Positions 33,804 to 42,513 are shown, counted from the stretch's first letter. The stretch is DNA of 58,145 nt from Gemmatimonadota bacterium (GCA_021298835.1 JAJTHG010000029.1:1-58145), one strand, 5' to 3'. The notes: generated by a model from the letters alone, not told the origin. Made by a program: numbers and translations.

Positions 33804-35021
33804 ATGGCCACGGTCCGCATCCTGCACGCCGACGTCTCCGAGACCGGGGGCGCCGAGCTGCTCCTCGCGGCCCAGGCGCGCTGGCTCGCGGCGCAGGGCC
33901 ACGACGTGCGGGTGTTCGCGCTGCGAGGCGTCGGGGACGGGTGGCGACGCATCTTCGACGGGCTCGACGTCTCGGTGCTCGCCGCGCCGCCCAAGGTCGA
34001 GCGGCTGTCGGTCGCCGATATGGCGGCGCTCGTGGCGGCCGCGCGACCGGCACTGGCCGGGGCCGAGGCGGTGCTCGCCCACAACTTCCCCGCGGCACCC
34101 GTGGCCGCGCTCGCCGCGCCGGACTCGGCCCGCGTCACGTGGTACTGCCACGAGCCGTACCGCGCGCTGCACCCCGAGGCGACCTTCCCCGCGGCCGCGG
34201 CGCGCGCGGCGCGCGGCGGTGCGACCGACGCCGCGACGCGCCAGTACGCGCGGCGCGCGCGGCGCCGTCGGCTGCTGGAGGGCCTGTTTCCGTGGCGGGC
34301 CGCGCGCCGCGCCGCGCTCGTCGCGTGGGATGCCGCGCAGGTCGCGCGGCTCGACGCCGTGGTGGCGAACTCGGCCTTCAGCGCGCGCATGCTGTACGAG
34401 GCGCTTGGCCGCGAGGCGGATGCGGTCGTGCCGCCCGCGGTGACGTTCGGGCCGCCGCTGCGACCGCGCGGACCGCTGGATCGCGCGCGCCCGCAGGTGC
34501 TGGCCCTGACGCGGCTCGGGGTGCCCAAGCACGTGGACCTGCTGATCGCGGCGATCGGCCGGCTGCGCGCGCGCGTGCCCGGTGCGCACCTGCACGTCGC
34601 CGGCGAGGGGCCGCAGCGCGCGGCGCTCGAGGCCCTCGCCGCGCGCGTGGCCCCCGGGGCCGTCACGTTCCACGGGCACGTGCGGGCCGAGGCGGTCGAT
34701 GCGCTCGCCGCGCGGTGCGACGTGTTCGCGCTCGTGCCGGTGGACGAGCCGTTCGGGATGGTGTTTCCCGAGGCGGCGGCGCGCGGGCTGCTGCTGGTGG
34801 GACCCGATCAGGGCGGGCCGTCGGAGATCGTCCGCGACATCGGCGAGACGTGCGACGGCTTCGACCCCGAGGCCGTCGCGCACGCGATCGAGCGAGTGCT
34901 CGCGCTGCCCGACGCGGCGGTCGAGGAGCGGCGGCAGCGCGCCGACGCGACGGTCCGGGCGCGCTACGCGCCCGAGGTCGTGCTCCCCGCGCTCGAACGG
35001 TGGGTGCTGGGCGGCGCTTGA
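33804..35021 (+). CDS. Glycosyltransferase family 1 (GT4).
   Basis: MATVRILHADVSETGGAELLLAAQARWLAAQGHDVRVF... and ...VPVDEPFGMVFPEAAARGLLLVGPDQGGPSEIV are typical GT4 motifs. It is divergent from the other GT gene with only ~23 bp between the start codons. Confidence 0.8.
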   Translation: MATVRILHADVSETGGAELLLAAQARWLAAQGHDVRVFALRGVGDGWRRIFDGLDVSVLAAPPKVERLSVADMAALVAAARPALAGAEAVLAHNFPAAPVAALAAPDSARVTWYCHEPYRALHPEATFPAAAARAARGGATDAATRQYARRARRRRLLEGLFPWRAARRAALVAWDAAQVARLDAVVANSAFSARMLYEALGREADAVVPPAVTFGPPLRPRGPLDRARPQVLALTRLGVPKHVDLLIAAIGRLRARVPGAHLHVAGEGPQRAALEALAARVAPGAVTFHGHVRAEAVDALAARCDVFALVPVDEPFGMVFPEAAARGLLLVGPDQGGPSEIVRDIGETCDGFDPEAVAHAIERVLALPDAAVEERRQRADATVRARYAPEVVLPALERWVLGGA

Positions 35022-35089
35022 CCATCGCCCCCCGCGGGCGGTAGGCTTCCCGCGTTCCCGGCGTGCCGTCGTGCGCGCCAGCGGTCGTT

Positions 35090-35169
35090 CCGCGCCGCGC
35101 GCGCAGCCCCCGACCGACGCCTTCCCGACGCCCCTCGCTTCCCCTGGGCGTCCGCTCCCGTCCCGCCCG
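35090..35169 (+). promoter_or_regulatory. C-rich / G-poor 5' leader of rho (putative rut-like autoregulatory site).
   Basis: The ~80 nt before the rho ATG (…cccgaccgacgccttcccgacgcccctcgcttcccctgggcgtccgctcccgtcccgcccg) are strongly C-over-G skewed. Most of this genome is G/C-balanced, and Rho utilisation sites are C-rich and G-poor. Confidence 0.35.
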
Positions 35170-36474
35170 ATGCACGCGGTGGACCCGACCGACGCCCCCC
35201 CGGTTCCCGAATTCGAACGCCCGGCGCCGCTGCGCATCGCCGAGCTGCGGCGGCTGCCGCTGCCCGCTCTCGTCGCGCGCAGCGAGGGGGCCGGCGTGCC
35301 CAACGCCGACATCCTGGGCCGGGCGGAGCTCACCGCGCGGCTGCAGCGCGCGCTGCTGCGGCAGGGCCAGCCGCTCCTCGCCGAAGGGGTGCTCGAGGTC
35401 GTGAAGGAGGGGCACGGCCTGCTGCGATCGCAGGACTGGAGCTACCTCGCGAGCCCCGACGACATCTACGTGTCGCCGACGCAGATCAAGCGCTTCGACC
35501 TGCGCACCGGCGACCTCGTCAGCGGCGAGGTGCGCAACCCGAAGCCGTGGGAGAAGTACGTCGGGCTGTCGAAGGTCGCGACCGTCAACGGCGTCGCGGC
35601 GGACGAGGCGCGGCGGCGCCCGCAGTTCGAGCACCTGCGGCCGGTGTATCCCGACCAGCGCGTGCGGCTCGAGGACGGTGACGTGTCGATGCGCGTGGTG
35701 GATCTGCTGGCCCCGATCGGCAAGGGCCAGCGCGGCCTGATCGTCGCCCCGCCGCGGGTGGGCAAGACGATCCTGCTGCACAAGATGGCCCGGGCGATCC
35801 TGCGCAACCATCCCGAGGTCACGCTCATCATCCTGCTGATCGACGAGCGCCCGGAGGAAGTCACCGACTTCCGCGAGACGTGTCCCGGCGCCGAGGTCGT
35901 GGCCAGCACCTTCGACGAGAGCCCCAAGCGGCACGTCGCGGTGGCCGAGATGGTGATGGAGCGCGCGCGGCGTCTGGTGGAGGAGGGACAGGACGTGGTC
36001 ATCCTGCTCGACTCGATCACCCGCATGGGCCGCGCGTACAACACGCTGGCCCCGTCGCGCGGCCGGATCATGAGCGGCGGCGTCGAGACCACCGCGCTGC
36101 AGCGGCCGAAGCGCTTCTTCGGCTCCGCCCGGCGCTGCGCGGAGGGCGGGTCGCTCACGATCGTGGCGACCGCGCTCATCGAGACGGGCTCGCGCATGGA
36201 CGAGGTGATCTTCGAGGAGTTCAAGGGCACCGGCAACATGGAGCTCGTGCTCTCGCGCCACGTCGCCAACCGGCGCATCTACCCGGCGGTGGACGTCGGC
36301 AAGAGCGGCACGCGCCGCGAGGACCTGCTCTTCGACGAGGTCGAGCGCAACCGGATCTTCCTCCTCCGCCACTTCCTGGGCGGGATGGACGAGGAGGCCG
36401 GGATCAAGTTCCTCGTGGACCGCCTCAAGCGGACGAAGACGAACCGGGAGTTCTTCGAGAGCATGCAGCAGTAG
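35170..36474 (+). CDS. rho: Transcription termination factor Rho.
   Basis: N-terminal RNA-binding region ([23 protein letters not shown]...), OB-fold ([26 protein letters not shown]), Walker [21 protein letters not shown], and C-terminal ...[32 protein letters not shown]. The in-frame ATG at 35170 gives 434 aa. The track ORF from 34582 is an upstream extension. Confidence 0.95.
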   Translation: MHAVDPTDAPPVPEFERPAPLRIAELRRLPLPALVARSEGAGVPNADILGRAELTARLQRALLRQGQPLLAEGVLEVVKEGHGLLRSQDWSYLASPDDIYVSPTQIKRFDLRTGDLVSGEVRNPKPWEKYVGLSKVATVNGVAADEARRRPQFEHLRPVYPDQRVRLEDGDVSMRVVDLLAPIGKGQRGLIVAPPRVGKTILLHKMARAILRNHPEVTLIILLIDERPEEVTDFRETCPGAEVVASTFDESPKRHVAVAEMVMERARRLVEEGQDVVILLDSITRMGRAYNTLAPSRGRIMSGGVETTALQRPKRFFGSARRCAEGGSLTIVATALIETGSRMDEVIFEEFKGTGNMELVLSRHVANRRIYPAVDVGKSGTRREDLLFDEVERNRIFLLRHFLGGMDEEAGIKFLVDRLKRTKTNREFFESMQQ

Positions 36475-36475
36475 C

Positions 36476-36898
36476 ATGCCGGCGCTCCCCCGCTACCTCG
36501 CCGTGGACGTCGGCGACCGCCGGATCGGGCTGGCGATCGCCGACGAGCTCGGGATGCTCGCCTCGCCCGCGGGCTTCGTCGAGCGGCGCGCCGGCAAGCG
36601 GCTGCCGGTGGCCGAGGTGCTGCGCCGCGCCACCGACCTCGAGGCGCGCGGCTTCGTCGTGGGCCTCCCGCTCGACGAGAACGGCCACGAGACCCCGCGC
36701 TGCGCCGAGGCGCGCGAGATGGCCGCCAAGCTGGCCGAGCGCACCGGGTTCGATGCGCGGCTCGTTGACGAGCGCTACACGACGGCGATCGCCCTGCGGT
36801 CCATCCAGGCGGTCGGCGGCTCGACGCACGGCCGCAAGGGCGATGTGGACGCGCTGGCCGCGTCGGTGCTCCTGCAGCATGCGCTCGACGCACGGTGA
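36476..36898 (+). CDS. ruvX: Holliday-junction resolvase-like protein YqgF/RuvX.
   Basis: MPALPRYLAVDVGDRRIGLAIADELGMLASPAGFVERR... with the typical D-x-G-x-K/R-R-I-G-x-A N-terminus. It is ~140 aa and starts 1 nt after the rho stop. Confidence 0.9.
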   Translation: MPALPRYLAVDVGDRRIGLAIADELGMLASPAGFVERRAGKRLPVAEVLRRATDLEARGFVVGLPLDENGHETPRCAEAREMAAKLAERTGFDARLVDERYTTAIALRSIQAVGGSTHGRKGDVDALAASVLLQHALDAR

Positions 36899-37970
36899 CG
36901 GCCCCGCCGGCCGCGCGCCGGCGACCCGGGCCCGCCGCGCCGTGCGGGCGGCCGGCCTCGTCGCGGTGGCGGCGGCGGCCGCCTGCGGCGGTCCCGACCG
37001 TGCGACGCGCGTCGTGATCCCGCGCGGTCCGTTCCGGGCGGCCACCGACTCGCTCGCCGCCGCCGGCGTCGTGCGCTTCGCTCCCGGCTTCCGCTTCTTT
37101 GCCCGCTGGCGCGGCCTCGACCGGAGCATCAAGGCGGGGACGTACGTCTTCCCCGCCGGCGCCGGCTGGACCGACGTGCTGCAGGCGCTGGCCGAGGGGC
37201 GCGGGCTCGAGCGGATCGTGACGATCCCGGAAGGGCTGCCCCTCGAACGGGCCCTGCCGCTGGTCGCCCGCCAGCTCGACCTGCCGCTCGACTCGCTCGT
37301 CGCGGCGACGCGTGACTCCGCGCTCGTCGCCCGCGCCGGGGCGCCGAACGGGACACTCGAGGGCTACCTGTTCCCGGACACCTACCGCTTCCCCTCCGAC
37401 GCGACGGGCCCCATCGTCGTCGAGCAGATGCTCGAGCGCTTCGAGCGCGCGTGGTCGGCGGCGATGCTCGCGCGGCTCGACAGCACAGGGATGACGCGAC
37501 ATCAGGTGCTGACGCTCGCGAGCATCGTCGAAGAGGAGGCGGTGGTGGACAGCGAGCGCCCGGTGATCGCCGGGGTGTACCGGAACCGGCTCAAGCGCGG
37601 CATGCCGCTGCAGGCCGACCCCACGATCCGCTACGCGCTGCGCAAGTACACCGACCGCGTGCTCTTCCGCGACCTCAAGGTGAACTCGCCGTACAACACG
37701 TACGCCCGGAAGGGGCTGCCGCCCGGGCCGATCGCCGCTCCCGGGCAGAAGAGTCTCGAGGCCGCACTGTGGCCGGCCCCGGTGCCGTGGCTCTTCTTCG
37801 TGGCGCATCCCGACGGTCATCACGAGTTCACGCGCACCTTCGCCGAGCACTCGGCGGCCATCCGGCGCGTGCGTGCCGAGGCGGCGCGGCGCGCCGCCGA
37901 GGCGCGGGCGCGCGCGGCGGCCGGTCCGGCCACCGCGACGACGGCTACTCGTACGCCAGATCCGGCCTGA
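36879..37970 (+). CDS. mltG: Endolytic murein transglycosylase MltG (YceG family).
   Basis: ...GPFRAATDSLAAAGVVRFAPGFRFFARWRGLDRSIKAGTYVFPAG...YLFPDTYRF...RPVIAGVYRNRLKRGMPLQADPTIRYAL...YNTYARKGLPPGPIAAPG are YceG signatures. The start is uncertain: ATG 36879 (basic N-tail plus TM AAGLVAVAAAAA) or GTG 36942. Confidence 0.8.
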   Translation: MRSTHGDGPAGRAPATRARRAVRAAGLVAVAAAAACGGPDRATRVVIPRGPFRAATDSLAAAGVVRFAPGFRFFARWRGLDRSIKAGTYVFPAGAGWTDVLQALAEGRGLERIVTIPEGLPLERALPLVARQLDLPLDSLVAATRDSALVARAGAPNGTLEGYLFPDTYRFPSDATGPIVVEQMLERFERAWSAAMLARLDSTGMTRHQVLTLASIVEEEAVVDSERPVIAGVYRNRLKRGMPLQADPTIRYALRKYTDRVLFRDLKVNSPYNTYARKGLPPGPIAAPGQKSLEAALWPAPVPWLFFVAHPDGHHEFTRTFAEHSAAIRRVRAEAARRAAEARARAAAGPATATTATRTPDPA

Positions 37971-38298
37971 GCCCCGTGGCCCCGCGCAGGTACACGTGGC
38001 GCGGCCGCGCGCCGTCGGGCAGCTCGGCGTGCAGCAGCACGCGGATGCAGTGCGCCAGCGCCCCCGGCACCGGAATCTCGGTGGCGCACAGCATCGCCAG
38101 GTCCCAGCCCAGCCGTCGCGCCGCCGCGGCCGGGAAGGCGGCGTCGAGGTCGGTCGTGACGGTGAAGACGGCACTCACGAGGTCGGCCGAGCCGACGCGA
38201 TTCTCCTGCGCGAGCGCCGAGAGCAGTTCCGCCGTCGCGGCCAGGATCGCCTCGGCATCGTTCGCCTCCACCGTCGTCGCGCCCCGGAGCGCGCGCAT
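37945..38298 (-). CDS. aroH: Monofunctional chorismate mutase, AroH class.
   Basis: MRALRGATTVEANDAEAILAATAELLSALAQENRV...DLVSAVFTVTTDLDAAFPAAAARRLGW...LHCIRVLLH...RHVYLRGATGLRPDL closely parallels B. subtilis AroH (MMIRGIRGATTVE...VYLEKVVVLRPDL). Real start ATG at 38296-38298. The longer track ORF is an extension. Confidence 0.85.
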   Translation of the reverse strand: MRALRGATTVEANDAEAILAATAELLSALAQENRVGSADLVSAVFTVTTDLDAAFPAAAARRLGWDLAMLCATEIPVPGALAHCIRVLLHAELPDGARPRHVYLRGATGLRPDLAYE

Positions 38299-38316
38299 CC
38301 GCCGTTCGCCCACCCG

Positions 38317-38967
38317 ATGACCCCCGTGCCGTTCGACCCCGCCGTCCTGACGCTGCTGGCCATCACCGACGACCTGCGCGACGGCGTCACCGGACTGGCC
38401 GCGCGAGCGGCCGCCGCCGCCCGCGGCGGGGCGACGATGATCCAGGTGCGCCTCAAGGATGCAGGCGCCCGCACGATGACGGAAGCCGCGCGCGCGGTGA
38501 TCGCGGCCGTCGCGGCGGCGACACCGCGGGTGCCGGTGCTGGTGAACGACCGCGTGGACGTGGCCCTCGCGTCCGGTGCGGCGGGCGTGCACCTCGGCTT
38601 CGACGACCTCCCCGTGGCGGCGGCGCGGCGGCTCGCGCCCCCGGGGTTCATCGTGGGCTCGAGCGTCGGCGAGGTGGCGGAGATCCCGGGTGCCCGCGAG
38701 GCCGACTACGTGGGAATCGGGCCCGTGTATCGCACCGCGACCAAGGCCGACGCGGGATCGGCGATCGGGCCCGCCGGCTTCTCGGAGTTGGCGGCGCTGG
38801 TGCCGCTCCCGGCCGTCGGCGTCGGCGGCATCACGGCGGAGAACGCGGCGCCGGTGCTGGCGGCCGGCGCGCGCGGCGTGGCGGTGGTGCGCGCGGTCTT
38901 CGGCGCGGCCGACGTCGAGGCGGCGGCACGTGCGCTTCGCGCGCGGATCGAGGCGGCGCGCGCGTGA
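38317..38967 (+). CDS. thiE: Thiamine-phosphate synthase.
   Basis: ...GGATMIQVRLKDAG..., VLVNDRVDVALASGAAGVHLGFDDLP, ADYVGIGPVYRTATKAD, VGVGGITAENAAPVLAAGARGVAVV are ThiE signatures. ATG at 38317. Confidence 0.85.
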   Translation: MTPVPFDPAVLTLLAITDDLRDGVTGLAARAAAAARGGATMIQVRLKDAGARTMTEAARAVIAAVAAATPRVPVLVNDRVDVALASGAAGVHLGFDDLPVAAARRLAPPGFIVGSSVGEVAEIPGAREADYVGIGPVYRTATKADAGSAIGPAGFSELAALVPLPAVGVGGITAENAAPVLAAGARGVAVVRAVFGAADVEAAARALRARIEAARA

Positions 38968-40133
38968 GCGCCACCGCTGTCGTCTCGAACCGCGGCAGCG
39001 CGCGCTGGACGCGCGGCCACCCGTGGATCTTCGCGTCGGACGTCGTCGCGCGTCCGGAGGCCGACCCCGGCGTGGTGCGCGTCACCGACCCGGCGGGCCG
39101 GCCGATCGGCTGGGCGCTGTGGTCACCGTCGAGCGAAATCGCCGTGCGCATGCTCACCCGCGACGGCGACGACGCCCCCGACGCCGCCTGGCTGGCGCGG
39201 CAGGTGGCGTCGGCGGTGGCGCGGCGGGCCCCTCTCGAATCCGTGGCCAACGCCTACCGGCTCGTGCACGGCGAAGGAGACGGGCTTCCCTCGTTCGTGG
39301 CCGACCGCTACGACCGGTGGATCGTCGTGCAGCTCCTGTCCGCGGGGATGGACGCGTGGACCGAGGCCGCCGTCGCGGCGCTGCGCGCGGCCGCCCCGTG
39401 GTGCGAGGGGATCCTCGCGCGACACGACGTGCCGGTGCGCACGAAGGAGAAGCTGCCGCAGCGCGTGGCGCTGCTCTGGGGCGACGTGCCGAGGGAGGTC
39501 GAGGTCGTCGAGCACGGCGTGCGCTATCTCGCGGCCCCGTGGGACGGGCAGAAGACGGGGGCCTTCCTCGACCAGCGCGAGCATCGCGTGCTGGTCGGGG
39601 GCCTCGCGCGGGGGCGCGGCCTCGACTGCTTCGCGTATCACGGATCGTTCGCGCTCCACATGGCCCGGCGGTGCACGGAGGTGCTCGCGCTCGACGTCTC
39701 GGCGCCGGCGCTCGAGCGGGCCGCCGCGAACGCGGCGCGCAACGGGATCGGCAACGTCGTCCCGGTCGTGGCCGACGCGTTCGAGGAGCTCAAGCGCCGC
39801 GAGCGGGCGCGCGAGCGCTTCGAGACGATCGTCGTGGATCCCCCGGCGTTCGCGAAGTCGAAGGCGGCCCTCGCCGACGCGATGCGCGGCTACCACGAGG
39901 TGAACCTGCGGGCGATGCGGCTGCTCGCCCCCGGGGGGACGCTGTTCACGGCCTCGTGTTCGTTCCACCTGCGGAAGCCCGAGTTCCTCGGGATGCTCGA
40001 GGGGGCCGCGAAGGACAGCGGGCGGCGGCTGGTGCTGCGCGCGCTCACGGCGCAGGGGCTCGATCACCCGGAACTGCTGACGGTGCCGGAGACGGGGTAC
40101 CTGAAGGGGGCGGTGGTGGTGGCCGAGGACTGA
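38964..40133 (+). CDS. Class I SAM-dependent rRNA methyltransferase (RlmI/YccW-like, PUA + MTase).
   Basis: N-terminal PUA-like region (WTRGHPWIFASDVV...), MTase motifs (VLALDVSAPALERAAANAARNG, IVVDPPAFAKSK), typical length 389 aa. The start overlaps the thiE stop (ATGA). Confidence 0.75.
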   Translation: MSATAVVSNRGSARWTRGHPWIFASDVVARPEADPGVVRVTDPAGRPIGWALWSPSSEIAVRMLTRDGDDAPDAAWLARQVASAVARRAPLESVANAYRLVHGEGDGLPSFVADRYDRWIVVQLLSAGMDAWTEAAVAALRAAAPWCEGILARHDVPVRTKEKLPQRVALLWGDVPREVEVVEHGVRYLAAPWDGQKTGAFLDQREHRVLVGGLARGRGLDCFAYHGSFALHMARRCTEVLALDVSAPALERAAANAARNGIGNVVPVVADAFEELKRRERARERFETIVVDPPAFAKSKAALADAMRGYHEVNLRAMRLLAPGGTLFTASCSFHLRKPEFLGMLEGAAKDSGRRLVLRALTAQGLDHPELLTVPETGYLKGAVVVAED

Positions 40134-40155
40134 TCGTCGCGGCGCGCAGTGGCGG

Positions 40156-40950
40156 CTAGCGCTGGCAGCCCGCGCAGTACCAGGTGCCGCGCGCTCCGTG
40201 CACCACGCGCCGGATGCGGCGCCCGCAGCGCCGGCACGGCTCGCCGTCGCGACCGTACACCATGAGCTCGTGCGTGGTCGCCGTCGTCTGCGCGGTGGCG
40301 AAGACGCGGCCCGGCTCGTCGAGCCCGCGCGACAGGGCGAGGCGCACCGCGTCGAGGAGCCGCGCCGCACGCGAGGGGCCGATCCGGTCGGCGGGGGTGT
40401 CGGGATGCACGCCGGCGTGCCACAGGGCTTCCGCCGCGTAGATGTTGCCGACGCCCGCGAGGACGCGCTGGTCGAGGAGGACGAGCTTGATCGCCGCGCG
40501 GCGGCGCGCGAGCGCGGCACGGAAGCGCGCCGGGGTGAAGCCGGGGTCGAAGGGCTCGGGTCCGAGTCCCGCGACGGGATCCTCGCCGGCGCGATGCCAG
40601 GTGACGGTCGCGAAGGCGCGGGGATCGACGAGCGACACGCGGCGGCCGTCGTCGAGGGCGAGCGCGAGGCGCGCGTAGCGCGGGAGCGGGGCGTCGGCGG
40701 GGCCGACATTCCAGTCGCCGTCGAGCCGGAAGTGCGCGACGAGCCGGTCGCCGCGGGCGAGCTCGAACAACTGGTATTTGCCGCGCCGGGCGACGGCGAG
40801 CACGCGCTGCCCGACGGCGGCGCGGACGTGCGCCGGAGGCAGCGCCCGCCGCGTCGAGGGGTGCAGCCGCGCGACTGCACGCAGGACCCGCCCTTCGACG
40901 AAGGGGCGCAGGCGGCGGATGGCGAGCTCGACCTCAGGGAGTTCGGGCAT
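40156..40950 (-). CDS. mutM: Formamidopyrimidine-DNA glycosylase.
   Basis: MPELPEVELAIRRL... has catalytic Pro2 and Glu3. ...LGPEPFD..., helix-two-turn-helix LLDQRVLAGVGNIYAAEALWHAGVHP, and a C-terminal zinc finger CRRCGRRIRRVVHGARGTWYCAGCQ. ATG at 40948-40950. Confidence 0.9.
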   Translation of the reverse strand: MPELPEVELAIRRLRPFVEGRVLRAVARLHPSTRRALPPAHVRAAVGQRVLAVARRGKYQLFELARGDRLVAHFRLDGDWNVGPADAPLPRYARLALALDDGRRVSLVDPRAFATVTWHRAGEDPVAGLGPEPFDPGFTPARFRAALARRRAAIKLVLLDQRVLAGVGNIYAAEALWHAGVHPDTPADRIGPSRAARLLDAVRLALSRGLDEPGRVFATAQTTATTHELMVYGRDGEPCRRCGRRIRRVVHGARGTWYCAGCQR

Positions 40951-41156
40951 GCGCGGGGAGTGTATCGCGGCGGCGCTCGCGGCGCGCCGTCGCGGAGCGG
41001 GAAGGTCTCCCCGTCGAAAACGCATGTTTCCACACCGATGGGGATACTTGCCCGCAATCACTTGACGGACATGGAGTTATGCCTTGCGGCACGGTGGAAA
41101 ACCCCTAGTTTCGCACAGGTAGGGCTGCGGGCGTCGGCCCGCGCCGGGGGGCACTG

Positions 41157-41906
41157 GTGATCCTGTCCACGCACTCGCTGTCGTCCGAGTACGCGCTGTT
41201 CGTCGAGCGCGAGATCGAGCAGTACAAGGACTCGATCCCGCGGGGCACGCTGCTGGCCATCGGGGACGAGGCCGTGCGGCAGCTGGGGGCCCAGCCGCAG
41301 TTCGCGCTCACCGAACTGGTGCTCGTGGAGGAAGTCGACCGCATCATCGCCCGGCGACTGCGTATCCCGTCGTACCGCGCCTGGAAGGCGCGCCGCCTGA
41401 AGCAGCTGCAGGAGCTGCGGCGGCCGGAGACGTGGGGGCTTTCGCGCGACTCGATCGTCGTCCGGGAGCTGAGCCACGCGGCCGACGCGCACGTCGTCGT
41501 CGCGGACAACTCGTCGAGTGCGCTCTACCTCGCGGCGCACGGGTGCATGGTGACCGCGATGCACGACGAGCCGGCGCTCGTCGCGCGGGTGATGGAGGCG
41601 GCCGAGGAAGCCGGGCTCACGATGTACCTGACCGGCCTCGTCGGATCGCTCGGCGACTACGCCCCCCACACCCCGTTGGCCGCGATCGTCTACAGTGCGA
41701 GCGCGCTCGCCAAGCTCCCGGTCGAGCACCGGGAGCAGGTGCTCGCCGCCTGGCAGCACGCGACACGACATGGCGGCGTGCACGTCGTCGATCCGCGCGC
41801 GCTGTCGCTCGAGGAACTCAAGTCGCGGTACGTGGGCTGGACCGTGTCGGTCGAGCGCGAGGGAACGAGCCACGAGACGTTCCTGGCGCGGAAGGAGACC
41901 GACTGA
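41157..41906 (+). CDS. Hypothetical protein (possible degenerate methyltransferase-like fold).
   Basis: Normal composition and GC3 bias. The opposite-strand ORF 41058..41873 is Arg/Gly junk. HVVVADNSSSALYLAAHGCMVTAMHDEP...AAIVYSASALAKLP loosely resembles SAM-MTase motifs I and post-I without a glycine-rich loop. GTG start at 41157; no ATG nearby. Confidence 0.5.
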   Translation: MILSTHSLSSEYALFVEREIEQYKDSIPRGTLLAIGDEAVRQLGAQPQFALTELVLVEEVDRIIARRLRIPSYRAWKARRLKQLQELRRPETWGLSRDSIVVRELSHAADAHVVVADNSSSALYLAAHGCMVTAMHDEPALVARVMEAAEEAGLTMYLTGLVGSLGDYAPHTPLAAIVYSASALAKLPVEHREQVLAAWQHATRHGGVHVVDPRALSLEELKSRYVGWTVSVEREGTSHETFLARKETD

Positions 41907-41951
41907 GGTTGTATCGTTTCGACACGGGGCGACGTGTCGGGATGAAACAAC
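41907..41951 (+). terminator. Stem-loop immediately after the stop of the preceding CDS.
   Basis: ggttgt...cgacacg-gggcga-cgtgtcg...acaacc is a nested inverted repeat starting 1 nt after TGA 41904-41906. No clear U-tract follows. Confidence 0.3.
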
Positions 41952-42081
41952 CGGATGCCCTCGTGCGGATACGACTATTCCAAGTCATTCTCACACAACG
42001 ACTTGCGTTAACGATGGTCCTCCGGATCACGCGGCACGAGGTCTGCTCTGCACAGGGTCGCAAGCAGTTTCCTCCTTCATT

Positions 42082-42243
42082 ATGACCATGCGCACCTACC
42101 AGCCCCTGCCCGCGACCGACGACCCCATGGGCATCGTCATCAATCGCGGGCCTCGCGAACCGGATCGGGTCGAGCATCCGCGGGTTCGCGCCTACGTGTG
42201 GGCGCCCGCCCCGGACGAGTTCGACTCGGCGCTGGCGGCGTAG
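42082..42243 (+). CDS. Candidate small ORF (53 aa), hypothetical.
   Basis: MTMRTYQPLPATDDPMGIVINRGPREPDRVEHPRVRAYVWAPAPDEFDSALAA. There is strong GC3 codon bias, the ORF sits in an otherwise unannotated gap, and two hairpins follow it. There is no convincing Shine-Dalgarno sequence. Confidence 0.3.
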   Translation: MTMRTYQPLPATDDPMGIVINRGPREPDRVEHPRVRAYVWAPAPDEFDSALAA

Positions 42244-42286
42244 CCGCAGCTGGTTGCCGCCTCGCGGACCGTTCCCGCGAGCGATG

Positions 42287-42317
42287 ACGCCTCACCCGAC
42301 GCAGTCGGGTGAGGCGT
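42287..42317. terminator. Perfect 13-14-bp stem-loop (a bidirectional terminator candidate between convergent small ORFs).
   Basis: acgcctcacccgac-gcag-tcgggtgaggcgt, followed on the plus strand by tgtcatat. It is preceded by a second weaker hairpin, ctcgcgg-accgttc-ccgcgag, at ~42261-42281. Confidence 0.4.
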
Positions 42318-42423
42318 TGTCATATCCGGTGCGCGGCGCGACGGCCCGTCGGCGGGGCGGATGAACGTACGAAAGCCGGAAGCGAACACGCTCCCGGCTT
42401 TCGTTGCGTTCGAAGAACGACGA

Positions 42424-42513
42424 CTAGCGCTTCGTGGCCTTCTTCTTCGTGGCCTTCTTCTTCGTCGCCTTCTTCTTGGTGGCCTTCTTCGCGGCCTTCT
42501 TCTTCGCAGCCAT
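42424..42513 (-). CDS. 29-aa Lys/Ala-rich highly basic micro-protein (MAAKKKAAKKATKKKATKKKATKKKATKR).
   Basis: ATG at 42511-42513 (minus) with GGAG 8 nt upstream (ctGGAGcgttgacaATG). The stop is TAG at 42424-42426. The coding DNA is a 15-bp tandem repeat (ggccttcttcttcgt x ~5 on the plus strand). Confidence 0.45.
   Translation of the reverse strand: MAAKKKAAKKATKKKATKKKATKKKATKR

Noticed and set aside
34582-35169. N-terminal extension of rho to 630 aa, and plus ORF 35063..35404.
   Set aside because: The upstream part is Pro/Arg/Ala-rich junk overlapping the GT gene. Rho homology starts at MHAVD... (ATG 35170).
41058-41873. 271-aa minus-strand ORF antisense to the hypothetical gene 41157..41906.
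   Set aside because: Arg/Asp/Gly-rich junk composition, whereas the plus-strand product is well-composed.
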